Assembly: GCF_009914755.1 (NCBI RefSeq)
Contig: NC_060927.1
Strand: one strand, 5' to 3'
Length of the DNA stretch: 64,000 nucleotides
Source: the human T2T-CHM13v2.0 reference genome, Homo sapiens
Shown: in pieces, positions 21,991 to 35,757 of the stretch
Position numbering within the stretch: the stretch's first letter is position 1
How the letters are laid out: every line of letters starts with the position of its first letter
Notes under the pieces: model-generated
Told to the model about the DNA's origin: nothing
The model's database searches: none
Seen by the model: the letters and a program-made list of their open reading frames with translations, nothing else
Program-made: the position numbers and the translations under genes

Positions 21991-24900
21991 CGTGGATTGA
22001 TTTGTAACTTTTATTTGCAAATGAGAGAGATGCCTGTTTGGAAAATTACAGCCCAAAAGGTGGAGGGTGATCAAATTAAGAACATCTGAGCTGTATTGGT
22101 GGGCGGTATCGCTAAACGCCTCCGGGGAGCGGTTTCCAAGTGATTTGCAGTAATCCCCCACCTTCATGATACATGGGTGACGATTTGAAAGTACACATAT
22201 TTCCTCATCTGTTTACATTTGCCGGGGGCGGGGGGCATAAAACTGTAGGGCACAGGGAGTTGGGAGGGGGGCATTTGCCTGAGAGATGCTGGATACCATT
22301 TCGCGATAAATTAGATACGGACACTGGAACAATTAATACGTGTAATAACACGTATGTGAAAGTATTATTACAACATTACAGAGGCGACCATTACCCCCAC
22401 TGCAGTCATACTAATGCAGTCATTCGTTTAATGCTCCATTCAATCTGCAGTGTAAACCAACGCAATTCTTTTTAATAGATCCCTTTCATCAGAGACTGTG
22501 TTGGAAAGAGGGCAGTCTTCCACTAACTCCCAAAGTGAATAGAAGGTAGCCTGGGGAATCATCTCTGTATCTCTTGCCATTTCTTCCTGAAGAGAATGCA
22601 ATACATTGTCCAAGGAAGGCAAAGTTATTTAGCTATTATAATTGTAGGTAGAATGATCTTGAACCTATTTTCAAAAGCATTCAAAGAACTCTAACTCACC
22701 CTTTGCAAAGAAACAGTACTCTCTTTTAATTTATGCATAAAATCCTTCGATAGACAGGCCTGGATATATGTTTTACATCTTTATTTAGTGAATTTTGTAT
22801 ATACTATAATTTATACCATCGTTAGTTCATATTATTGACATATAATACCACAAGTTAGTGTCCGTATTACCTACATTAAAAGATAGGAAAGGATGGAGTT
22901 GGTCACAGAGACAGCCAGGGGCCTGTGGAATTTTTTGGGATATATACATATACACACACTCTAAATTTAGTATGGCAACTGTGTTGGTTCTGCATAAAAT
23001 GAATTTAGATTATATATATATACGTGTATACGTGTGTGTATATATCATACTTACAATGTTTTCATTTGTTCTTTAAAATACTCAGCATTCTTCAAGATTA
23101 TTAAGATTAGTAAAATATCTACAGGGACCCAGAAAGTAATAAAAAGCACCATGTATTAAAATGGATTCTTTTTAAATATAGCATTTCAGACTCACTGGCA
23201 TGAATTCCAAACCTCTTTCCAGTATTTTCTAGGATAATAAATTCTTCCATGTGAATTTTACATACAGGAAGACATAGATATACAAAGAAAATTTGTCATA
23301 GGTGTTTCACTCACTGGGTCGCCAAATTGGGCTTCAAAGTGGTATATCTAGGCAGGGTTGCCAAAGGAGTACATCCCCATAATGAATCAGTCAGATTTAG
23401 GAAAAACCAAACTGCATCAGTAGTTTGATGTGTCACAGAGATATTTTTGGCCTTTTCAGGTGGTTGCCCAATTTGAGGAGACTCACTCCTGGATACACCA
23501 TATTTTATGTGGGCAAGTGTGAAATCACACACATGCCCTTTGAGCCTCAGGGCTGGAGGATATTAAAGTAACCCTGAAAGACATTGGGCAACATCACTCC
23601 TAAAGTTACTGAATCTCTTTAACTTTTTGGAACTATTTTCAAGGTCATTTTGATGAGAGAGTTCTGAATATATTAATTTGTTTACTCTGAGCAGATGTTA
23701 GTGTGGCCTGATGGTACTGGGGAGCTGCAGAAGATTGAATAGCTAGAATAGGTTGTTAGTGTTAAACATGAGTACTACCCATACAAATATTACAGGCCAG
23801 ATAAAAATATTGTAGAGTAAGTGATTATGATGGATATTTGATTTTATGTTGTGACTTTTTAGTGCTTTGCATACAGACATTTACATGTCCCTAGTTTTAT
23901 TTTAACCAAACATCATTTACATTGTGAAAAAGGAGAACTCTCATTTAAAAAAAGATGTTCTTTATTGATGATGCACAATGGATAAAAGGAAAACATAAAA
24001 GTAATATATAGGATGTAATTTTTAGTTCAACAAATATTAATTATGTCTACATTGCTGATTGGTTTTTAAATTATAAACATTACAATATTTCAAATAGTTT
24101 TAATGATTCTGTCATTTTTCAGAGAGGAACAATGATATTGAAATAACTAAGATAGACTTTATTTTTTGGTCTAGCATATATTTTGCTCATTCTGATGGTT
24201 TAAATAAAATAAATACATCTTTTAAAAGATTTACTACTAATTAAACTAGGGTTAGAGAACTGTTTGTTGTATAATGAAGTAGCCACTCAAGAAAGTTCCA
24301 AACTTGAAATGTAGCTGTGGTAATCTGTGATTATGTACAGCATGTAGCCATTTACGTATTGTGTTTGTCTGTTTTTAAGCATTGTAAAAACATTTGTGAA
24401 GCATTGTAAAAAATTTGTGAAAAAAAACATTTTTTTTTCTCTTTGTTCATTTCAAATGCTGTTTAGGTCAACAAATTGCATGTCTGATAACCATCAAAAC
24501 CTAAGTGCATTGTCATTTGCTTAACTTTTGATATACCACTGTTGAAACAATTGAAAATATAGTTACACACAATTTTATAAATGGGAACATAGGCTATAAA
24601 AGTTAAGCAAATAAAAATGTGATAAAACATGAATTAATATTTTTAGTTTTGTTGTATGTTTATTTCTGTAGATCTTTCTGTATCTCCATAGGAGAAACAC
24701 TTTTGAAACATTTTATATCGTAGAAAAAGTTCCACACCAATTGATAATTTTGTTTTTTTAATAGCATCTTATAAGTCTTAGTGAATCAGCATAGATTTAA
24801 CAAGCTATAAGTATGAAGAAGTTATAAAATATTCAATTAAACATTGATCTTTTATATCTTGTTTCACTAAAACATTTTAAAGCACTTTATAGGCATCTTC

Positions 24901-25433
24901 CAAATGAACCTTCAGCTTCTTTTTGAAGTAAACAAGTGTTTTAATCTTAAAGGTTATGTGAGCTATTTTGAGACAATCAGATTTAAACTATTCAATATGA
25001 ACAAATGTTTATTTATAGGCTGGATTAAGCACAAAGTTATTTGTCTACTTTTAAAGATATTTTTCAAAATTATTTTGAATTAATAAATTGTAGATGTTAA
25101 GATTAAAATTACTGAGAGGGGAAAAAGTTTTAAAAGACTAAGATGAAGAGAAATAAATCAAATGTAAGTTGAAGTAAATTGATTATTGAATAATGTATCA
25201 GGAAATAAATGTAGGTGTTATATGTAATGGAAAAAGGCAAATCAGATAAGCTTTAGTGGTAGAAACATATTTTTAAATATGATATTATGAGAGAAGGAAA
25301 TAATAATTTTATAGAATCATAAAATCTCAAGACTAAGAGGGACTTGGAAGGTAATCTAATCTGACCAATTACGTGATATTAGAATCTACTTCACTGTCCC
25401 CTGGCAAGTTGTTATCAAGATTATGTATATACT

Positions 25434-25504
25434 TTTTTAAATAAACTTTTATTTTTAGTTCCAGGGTACATGTGCAGGGTGTGCAGGTTTGTTACATAGG
25501 TAAT
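25434..25504 (-). mobile_element. Short L1PA/PB 3' end fragment
   Basis: acttttatttttagttccagggtacatgtgcagg...gtttgttacataggtaa matches the primate L1 terminus. Confidence 0.75.
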
Positions 25505-28049
25505 GGAGCTTAGTGCATTTCAGAGCAGGCCATTTTATTTTTGGACAAATCCAACTGATTGAAAAAACAGTTAAGCAAATTAAAACTTCTACTTTCCATC
25601 AATTGTTTTTTTTTTTTTTTTTTACCCCTAGATGACTTGTTTAAAAGTCTAAGGTAATGAACTTCCTAGTTATTTAAGTATATATTTATGCAAAGAAACT
25701 CACCTGCCAGGTAGAAATGCAGAACTAGTTTTCAAGATATGAGTTTGAGCTAGAGAAGGAGTGATTTAACTTGAAAAAACAACTGAAGCCATGAAACTAC
25801 AGAATTTGTTGTAAGCAATGAAGTGACAAAATGTTAGAAAGCATTGTAGTGCTTGAGAGTTACTTCTGAAACATCCACAATATTTTAATTAGTCTTCATG
25901 GATATCCCTTTGGGAGCACATTTGAAGTTCTGTATGTGTCCTTTTAATCTACTGACTTTAAACCAACTGCATCATAGAGGAACAGTACTGGTATCAGCTA
26001 CACAAATTAGACAGCCTAAACCATATATGTACATGTTTACATGTAAAACCAAATTTCTCCTGGTTTTTGACTTTTTGAAAGCTATTTGAGAACATGAATA
26101 TAAAGTGAATATTTTGAAATCAGACTGATTTCAATATAAAGAACCTGATAAAAAATGCTTTCAGCACTAAGTATGGGAATAGATAAAAGTCTTCAATATG
26201 ATCACGTGCTGGAATTCACAAATAATGGAAATCTTATGTACAGTCTTGCATCTTAAGTATATAACAAGAGTGTAGTGAAACACCGAATTTATTTCTTAAT
26301 GTCAGTAATTCACAAAGTAGCTTAGTTCAATTAAAAAAAAAAACCCAAAAAACAAAAACTGAAGTTTCTTTGAATTTGGCTCCTTCCCTTATATTGCTGC
26401 TGAGGCTTAGGCATCTATAGCTGCTTTTAGCTACTATATTCTATCTAAGTCTCCCTTCACATTTCTATGTTGCTAAACAACAAATGTTTAGTGATTTCCA
26501 TATCTGTAACTCTGCCTTTTTAGTACTGAAATTGATTTTTTCATATTTGGGCATCTAAAGATAAATATTATTCCATATGCATGTCATTTTTTCTTCATCG
26601 TTTGACAAAATACTTTCACAGATGAGTGGTCTGAATTTGGCACTTCAGTTGGCATGGTTTTAAAAAAATTGATAAGTAGGAAAATGTTTATTAGAAATGT
26701 TATTATTTTGCACATATTTTGAATAATATTAACAAGAAAAAAATAATAAACATATGTGTCATGGTGAAGGTATCATTCACTAGTTTTTTAATGATGGTAA
26801 AGCTATCAAATAATGTAGAACCCATGATGCTACAAATTTACCTCCCCCTCCCGAAAAATCTTAAAGTACCTTCTAAAAAGATTTGCCAAAAACATAAATA
26901 GAAGATAAATATTTAACACTTGTATATTTAAGTAGGTATTTCATGTTGTGCCCTTAATAATTTCAAAGGAGAATCTGACCTAAAAGTAATTTTCTTACTT
27001 TTTGTTTCTGTTGGATATTTTTATTCAAAGGGTAGTGATGAAATGTTTGATGTGGTTAAGAAAGTGAAAAAGCAACTGCTGATACCTCCCACTTTCACCT
27101 TAAAATATATTATGGTTTATTTTGTAATATTTCATTTGAAGGGCCATGAAAAATAGCCAAAATATGCCTACACATATACAAGTGATACATAGGCATGTGT
27201 GTTTCTGTATGCGTGTGTGTTAGAAGGATACAACGTTGGAAATTAATGGACTTCTTATAAATTATTTGTTTGAGTTATTTTATTTCTAAAATGTAGAGTA
27301 GTTTCAAAGATTCTGTAGTATAAAACAAACAGAATAGCTATCAATAAAATATTAAAAATGAATTATATGTCTTAAATACACTGTATTGATATTGAATGAT
27401 AATATTTACTAAGTTAGAAACTTTTGGAACACTTGTGTCACAAAAGATCAGATAATCTTTAGAAACTGGCCTTTTTCTGTGGGTTTAAACCAATGCCCTG
27501 GAAAAATAACTCTGTTGAATGATACAATAGGCTGACATTAACTCCCCATGTGCAAGTGTTCTCTAGCATTTACTAAAAGGTAACATGTTTTAAAAACTCT
27601 ACTACCTTTTAACTGTAATGCCAAAATAAACAGGAATCCAGAATATTCAAGTGCTGAACAGTTTCGACATTCCTTAAACCTTTGAGCAAGTACTAATTCA
27701 TGCAGGGACCTTTCATATACAACTCAGCTTGATAGGATGAATCAACCAAAACGCAACACCTGTTACTCAGTAAGCTGGACTGGCTTCTTTCTACCATGTG
27801 GACAGTATAGTGTTCACTTTACAAGGAATTGAGATCCATCCAACTAGTTTAAGAAAAGGGTTGTTGGTGGGATTTTGTTTGTTTGTTTATTTAAAAGATT
27901 TACGGTCTTCATCTCATAGAAATCAAGAACTGAAACTAGTACAGCCAAACTTCATGGGAAACATAATTGGATATTAGATCTTTTTTCTGTCTCTTTTGGG
28001 GTCTGCATGGTTGCCTCCCTGACACTTTCCTTAATTTCTTTCCGTTCTT

Positions 28050-28652
28050 TACAGAAGGCAGAGTGATTCCTAAAAATTTAAGTATGATGCAATTTTCGGT
28101 AACCCTCTACTGGTTTCCTATCTCTCTACGTAAAAGCCAAAGTCCTTACACAGGTTATAAGCCCTATATGATCTTTCACTCAGCCTGTATCTGACCTATG
28201 CCCTATCATTTACTCTTTTGCTCCCACTGTGCCAGCCACATTTTCCATCTTGCTTTTCCTTCGACTTAAGAAGAGCACACATATCTCAGGACACTTGAAG
28301 CTGCTATGCACTCTGCCCAGAACATCCTTCCACAAATATTAGCTGGCACCTTCACTATATTTAGGTTTCTGTTCAAATGACATACAGTCATGTAGGCATT
28401 CTTGACCATGCTATCCCAAGTAGTAATTCCCTCATTACTCCTGAACTGCATAACTTGTTTATTCCTACAGTTTCTCTACCTGATAATATATAATTTATTT
28501 ACTTTTGGGTTTTACTGTCTACCACCTCCTACAACAATAAGTTTCATCAGAACAGGGACTTTAATTCATTGTGGTACCATTGCCACCCAAAGCAGTGCCC
28601 AGTACATAATAGGAATTACATATGAATGTTTTGGAGGAATGAAATGAATGAC
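28050..28652 (+). mobile_element. L2 LINE 3' fragment
   Basis: aaagccaaagtcctta...aagccctatatgatct...ctctgcccagaacatccttcc...gcagtgcccagtacataatagg...gaatgaaatgaatga terminus. Confidence 0.75.
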
Positions 28653-29351
28653 TATTACTTCTAATCGCTACTTCCTTTTGAGTCTCCACCATTTTTTTTC
28701 CTGCTAAGTAGTTCTTTTTTGTATTAGCTAGCAGTCAGTTCACAGTTATTTCATGACCTTTAATTTATAATGTTCTCTAGCAACTGATAACTTCTCTCTT
28801 TTCTGTTAGTTCAAATTCCTGAAAATCTAATTGGATAGGTTATTTGTTTTTTTTTTTTTTCAGTAAGGCCACACAGACCACAAATTTCTGGACAATCTCT
28901 GACTGTATTCTTTTCAGTCAGGTATACACACTTATCTAATAAAGCAGAGCCACCTCAGAACATGGCTGCATAGGCCTGAGGGCCTGTGGGAAGACATCCA
29001 GGCAACATAAATACATCTAACACATAGAACTGTTGCAGCTTCATCTGCACCAATGTTCTTCACTGTCCTAAGTCCTACTCATGAGTCTGACATCATTCCT
29101 CAATTCACTGCATCAGTCTTTTACTTCCATGTTTCTTCTTCATCAGATGACTCCTCCAGGCTTTTGTTGTTCTTGTTACACTTCTTTCATCACAGATATA
29201 ACTATGTATTTATAGTTCTCCTATGATAAATAAATAAGTCTCTGCCTTGACTCTAAAGACAACAAAATTACCCCATACTGTCACTTCCCCAAGGCTATCC
29301 CAATTAACTTTGGCGTGGTAAGCAAGAAATATCATGCCTTTACATAGATCC

Positions 29352-29895
29352 TGCTGTGGACACACACTAAGGTGACCCCCAATGAATCATGCCCTTGCCT
29401 AATCCCCTCTTGTTTTGTGTGGATGGAACCTGGTACTTCCTTCTACTCAATAAAATATGGCAAAGGGGAAATAATTATTCAGATGTAATTCAACTCCCTG
29501 ATCAGATGATTCTGAGTTAATCAAGAGAGGTTATTTGGGGGTGGGCCTGGCTTAATCAGGTGAAATTCCTTAAAAGAGAGATTGGTGACCGCCTGAAAAT
29601 GAAAACACATTTTCCTGATGTCCTTGAAGAAGCAAGCAACCATGGGTTCTACAACCCTAAAGAAATAAATACTTCAACAACCTGATTAAATTTGGAAATA
29701 AATTATTCTCTGTCAAGCCTCTGGATAAGAATACAGCCCAATTGGCCTCTTGATCACAGTCTCATAAGACATTGAGCAGAGGACTCAGCCATGTCTGGAC
29801 TGCTGACCTATGGAAACTGTGATGTAATAAATGTATTTTGTTTTAGTCCACTAAATTTTTGGTAATTTGTTATACAGTAATAGAAATCTAATACA
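29352..29895 (+). mobile_element. Solo MaLR LTR (MLT1E-like)
   Basis: TG...CA termini, MLT1 3' end aataaatgtattttgttttagtccactaaatttttggtaatttgttatacagtaatagaaatctaataca, and 5-bp TSD GATCC/GATCT. Confidence 0.85.
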
Positions 29896-30868
29896 GATCT
29901 TCATCCTAGTTCACTGAAAGAGACAGACATTAAAAGGCCCCTATTATTTTCTTTCTTTAGACCTCACGGTGTGACATTGTCTTAAACTTTTTCTTTTCTT
30001 GAGTTACACATATTAAATTATGGAAAATGAAATAACATCCTTTACTTCCTTAGTATCTTTCTATTTGGTGATTTACTCCTTTATTATATTTTCCCTGTTC
30101 TCAGTGTTTTAAGACTAACTTTAGACCTTTCAGAAAACGACACGTGACCATAATACTTTTCTTCCTCCCTTAACCACGTCGTCATCTTTTCTGCATGCAG
30201 CATCAGCTCCTATCATTTTCAGCTGGTTCTGATGAGCATAGCCACAATGTCTTTGACTATGAGATTCATATGTTAACTCCTCTCATTAATGTCTCACTTT
30301 TTTTTCTGTTTATACATTTAAATATTTAATTTACTTAATATTTTCAAAAGAATTCTTAAATTTTTATATATTTACTTAAACAATGCTTAATATTTACTTA
30401 AACAATATTTTGTAAAAAATGGGAATATTTACTTAAACAATGATTTTGTAAGGTCAAGATGTTTATGTGTGAAAATTTATCCCTGATTTATCTACATGTT
30501 ACATCTGAATATTCATGTAAATTTTATTTGGTTAGACACATCTATATGTGAAAACATCTGTTTTCGGACCTTTAACAAACTCACAAAAATTACAGTATAA
30601 ATATTTGGTACATACTATCTGTATTTAAAATAAAAATTTTACTTTTCTTCAGAATATGTTTAGTGGTATGTACTTGAAAAACCGGTATGTTCATTTGTTA
30701 TACAAATGGAAATAAACACTTGAGATGAAATACTGATGGAGGAAATTTCTTCTGTTTATTCTGCCGGACATTCTCAAAAACTGATTTGAAAATGAAGTGA
30801 TTAGGAATTTCTGTTTCCCAAGAGGGCCCCACAGAGTGCATAATCAATCTCTGGTTCACATTTCCCTG

Positions 30869-30904
30869 ACAAAACAAAACAAAACAAAACAAAACAAAAA
30901 AACA
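30869..30904. repeat. (AAAAC)n pentanucleotide repeat
   Basis: Directly visible. Confidence 0.9.
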
Positions 30905-31759
30905 CCACAACCACTCTACATAAGATTCTGATTAAAGAGTTTTAAAGTGAAATTTGTATTTTTAAAAAGTGAAATTGAAAATCGTGATGCAATGATAGAA
31001 GTAGGAGTCGTGGCAGGGGTGGGGTTCACTCATCTGCAGGTAATGAAGAAATTTTTAACGATTATATTTCTAAATGCATGCCGCAGTAGACAAGCCATAA
31101 AATGTTCTATTCAATTAATTAAGCTTATATCTCATCCAGGTATACCAAATTATTCTCTTTAAGGGAAAGAAGCTTAGGGAGATTAATAGTGGGAAATTAA
31201 TTGAAAGAGCTTTTTTTTTGAAATATTAAAGTCATATGAACACCTGATCACATGAGGTATAGTTGAAACTGCTTTTCCTTGTTCTCATACTAAAGTCAGT
31301 GTAATGCATTGATAAAAAGCAGACTAAACATTTCCAGAGGTAAGGTTCATAGTTTTTCAAAGTAGCAGAGCATGTTTAACGCACTTGGATTGCGTTAGTT
31401 CAGAGGGATAGATTTCTCTTTTGGAAAGCTGCCTTTCAGTTAAATACCCAAATCTTGAAACTTCTGATAGTAGTCAGTGTTAATTATCTTCCTTTGAGAC
31501 GAGTCACCAAGAAGCAGAAAATTTGCCATCTCGTGGTGTTTGTACATACGTGAAATCTATATTTTTTATTTTATTGTGAAGTACGAAAGACAGAGAATAT
31601 TCATAGGCAACAGAATGAGATCTTCCTGCAATTTTTGGTCTTTTCTTAATCCACAGAAATGTGTAAATAAAACCATGTGATTATTTAACAAGAGAAAAAA
31701 CCATTTGATTATTTAAAAAGAGAATTTTCTGACATCCTTGTTCCACCCACAGTTGTTAT

Positions 31760-32160
31760 AAATTTGCTGCAGCTGCTTCTTAACGCCTCCAGATGGCGTG
31801 CTGGTGCTCGTTCGCGCCTCCCAGCGACCGGCCAGTTGCCAGCTGCTGGAGAGAATGAGCTTGGAGCCGCAGGGCTTAATCCCGCGCGGCTCAGAGATGG
31901 GTTTCTGGACTCGCGAAGCAGCTGCAACAAGGCATCACTCACTGTATAAGTATTTCCATTTCTGAGAGCAAAAGGAAGAACTTAAGCGGGCGGCACTTGG
32001 AGTGTAAATTGCTTTGTAGTATTTAAAGGCAGAATGGATCCTGGGCAGCCGAGCTGGTACGTGCAACAGAAACTACTCAATGGAATTGTTCTGGGTAGGA
32101 CTGGTCTGATCGTCCTTTGTGTACCAAACGTTGTGTGTCCTGGATTGCGCCTATGTGTAT
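31760..32160 (+). promoter_or_regulatory. Small CpG-rich promoter-like island, probable start of a plus-strand lncRNA
   Basis: CpG cluster in an AT-rich background, no credible ORF, donor-like CTG|GTACGT after 32056. From memory a divergent lncRNA (LINC01322) is annotated near SLITRK3; I cannot verify that from sequence. Confidence 0.55.
31768..31801 (+). promoter_or_regulatory. CTCF-like core motif with upstream (ZF9-11) module
   Basis: Core ACGCCTCCAGATGGCGTGC at 31783-31801, preceded by TGCAGCTGC (31768-31776) and a 6-nt spacer. Confidence 0.6.
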
Positions 32161-35100
32161 ACACCCATTTCATGTTCACCAGGATCATGGGGACTTGGGA
32201 GTCACAATCTTTCATTTTTCCAAAATGATACAATAAAAGCTTTACGGAACATTGTTTATTAATAGAAATGTGACCCGAGTCACAGTCTTAAGAAACACAT
32301 GATAATGATAGAAAAATACTTTTATGTTTCTTTGTTAGAGAAAAAGAAAGTAAACCTAAACTGTATCACTGTGCAGTGTTACTAGATATGACTTAAAAGA
32401 CAATGGCAAAAAATGTTTGACTGCCGTGGAGTAGACTTTTACCTGTAGGTGTAGACTTAAACACACCTGTAATATATCAGTGTTTTCAAATCTATGTGCC
32501 AGAAAAAAACATGGTGTAGCTATGAAAACACTAGTTATGAAAAATGCATGTCATGCATATGTACATTTTGTTTTGTAAATGTGTGTTGTGTATATACACA
32601 TGTATATGTGACCTAGATGCAGAATTATTATCGTATGATTACAAATAGACATGTGCTGAATATAGATGAATTTCTGCACCTTCATACATTGTATGTCTAT
32701 CTGGATAACTTAGTATGCAGATCCATTACCACAATATTAAATCTGAATTTAAAAGAATATATTTGTTTTACTGTTATACTTTACATTTGTTGAATTTCAT
32801 TCAGTTGTGCATTGAGTTTTCTATGCTTTTAAATTCTGAGGAAAGGTTGGTTTTTACATTTTGAACATAAATTATTTGCCGAGGTGATTATATGGGGATA
32901 GGATGCATAGATATATAAATATAGGTTCCCTAAAGTTCAGGTTGTATGTGGAATTCACAAGAGTTTTGAAAACTCGAGAGTTCTGACCGAGAGTTTATAT
33001 TAGAAACAACAAAATTGAAAGATTAAGATTCAGAGCTAAATTGGACATAATCGAGGCTGAGGTTTTATATTTAGTAATATTACTCTAAGATTAATGTTAG
33101 ATTACTTATAAACTTGTATAGATTCCCTTGAACAGATGTTGTTCATGAACCAGTGACTGAATTGTATCTTTTATCATTGCACATAAGCAGATATAACACA
33201 ATTCAATACAAGAAATATGACTTGAAAGCTAACTAGGTAAGATAGCATGCTAAATAAAGCCTAAAATACTGAGAAAAGTTAGAAACTATTGAGTCCCTGT
33301 CCTCAAAGAGTTGCCATTCAAATGACTAGGTTAGGCATGTTCATGAATATGAGTACACAGTAAAATACAAAATAAATGCCATTAAAGTGAGACATGCACA
33401 GGTGTGTAGCATTTAAATTGAGGGAGCGATCTAAATTAGGGGCATTAGTAAGGCCTTCAGATTGGAAAGCCCCCTTCTAAACAGATGGTTTAAAAGAACA
33501 ATTTTGGTAGGTGTGAAGAGGTTCTGGGCGAGAGATGTATTCAGGTCAGACATTTGGTTTGGGTTGGCTATGGCCTTCTTTATTGGTCTCAGAGGTAAGC
33601 AGTAAGAGATAATATTATACAAATAGGCTGTGTGATATTGAAGATGATCGTGAACATGGGACTGAAATTTGGGGATTTCATCATCAGTTCATTCCTAGTG
33701 CCACTAACAATGTAGGCATTTAGTATTCTTAAAACATTGAATGTTGTACATAACAACAAGGGCCAGCATAAAGTTTTAGGATATTTGTATGGTTTATGTA
33801 TTGCATGTCTACCATATTAGAATGTAAGTTGCAAAACATAGCACTCTTTTTCAATATTATATCCTCAGAGCCTAGAAAGTACTTGAAAAATATTTATCTA
33901 CTGAATGAATTAATGAATAGTAAAATTGGAATACGGTCAGGGTTCTATATCATTCACATTTAGTTTTCCTGATGGTCTTAAATTACTAAAATCCTCAAAA
34001 TTTACCAAGTCTTTGAAGCTATTGTGTCAGCTGATTCCACTTACGGCTCAGGTACTTCTAAGCAAGTTCCCTGGAATTACCACTATTGGTATTTAATCTT
34101 ACTCTATTTTTAACCTCTTTTATGAATAGAATTGCCTTTACATTTTTAAAATGGTTATTAAGATAATTATAAACTGTGTGATTATTCAGGCAGAATTAAA
34201 CAGTTCCTCTTCATATCCCTATAGTAGAAATAGTGAGTATATAACACAGGTTAAACAAATACATTCAGGAAAAGAGTTGAGGGTTTGAGGAATGTCTTTG
34301 CTCCCTGTAACGTATGTTTACCTCCGTATTAGAACGCTTCTAATATTTGGTTCTCTGCAACTTGATTTAGGCGAAACTCTCTAGAGCCTCTTTATAATTT
34401 TGGATATGCAGAGTGATCATTTGGGGAATCCTTAGCTGTGTGTTTACATAGTATTGGGAACTCTGTGATAATTTCTATGGGTCACAGCCCCTGACCCCGC
34501 AACAGCAGTGCTCCTCTTTTTTGTTCCTGTATACTGATATCTATACTTTTTATGGACAATGACAGGAATATGTGGATAAACTAGTGAAGAAAAAAGTTTT
34601 TGTCATTTGAAAGGATGATACTGGGTGAAAAGATACAATGATTTTAAAGGAATGTATAAACATGATCTGCCCAACTAAATTATAAATGAATGCATAATGA
34701 CTTGCAAATAGAAGGGCCAAATAAACAATGTCACTGAACCAACAACTTCAGAAATAAACCCCTGGAGTTTCCCCTGCTCCTCAAGAGAGATCTTTCCTCT
34801 GTGATAATGATTTATATATCTTAATTTACTTTTATATCACTCATCTAAAAATATACAAGGGTGGAATTTCTCACTTTAAAAATATATGTCGATGGGGTTT
34901 ATATGTGTCAGTTCAACTGAGGATGCAAGCTTTTAGTTTCAGCTTGAGCTAATCTGTGCGAAGTCAGGCTTTTTCTCTCAATAGTGTCAATAAGACAAAT
35001 TTCCACACTAGCCTGGTCTCCATCCTGTTGGACTTGCTGGTAATGCTTTATTTTTATCCCTGTGAGAGGAGGTAGTATGGCATGGTGGCTGGCCCAAGAC

Positions 35101-35757
35101 TTTCACCTTATTTGAAACCCTAGTGTATGGCTTGGCCTGGAGATTAATCTATTAGGGAAAGTACACCTTGTCTAAATACTGCTGGACATTCAGTTTTGGA
35201 GAAATCTACTGCAGTGTGTACTGCAGGATTTTTCCCCCTAGTGGTTGACTTAAGGCTGTTGTATTAAAACAATAGAAATAGACTTTTCTTCATATATGGA
35301 GCTAGCTTGGTCAATATTTTCTAACTTATGTTTTTAAAAACTTATTTCAGAAGAAATGATTATTTCTTCTGAATGATCATTGTTAAATGATCATTTTGAA
35401 AGATACAAATACAATGCCCTGAACAACATGCTTGTGTGTCTTCTTTGGAAGGCCGGACATTCAAAATTACACAAATACAAAATATATACAAATAATGGAA
35501 GTGTTTCTGCTACTAGATTCACACTGTACTCCTTTTTCTGGGTGTAGTGGAAAGATCTCTTCTCCCTCTGTGTATCCTAATGTCACTGTTTTTTTAATCA
35601 GCGGTGACACTGAATCAGTTTAACATGATTTTTCTTTAGCCTGTGTGACCATACTGTAAACTCCTTAAAGGCAGGAAACAAATCTCATGCTTTCTTTGAA
35701 TCTCTCTATTATACTAAACATACTGCCAGCCACAAACAGCACTTAAGTTTATAATTA

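Larger units (their letters stand above)
20150..22320. promoter_or_regulatory. CpG island / SLITRK3 promoter region
   Basis: Sharp rise in GC and CpG over the AT-rich background. CCAAT on the minus strand (attgg 22095-22099), GC boxes gggcgg 22101-22106 and ggggcggggg ~22225-22234. Confidence 0.85.

Noticed and set aside
30368-30441. CRISPR-like reading of repeated 17-mers with variable spacers
   Set aside because: Mammalian DNA, only three copies, spacers of 5 and 18 nt, and no cas genes.
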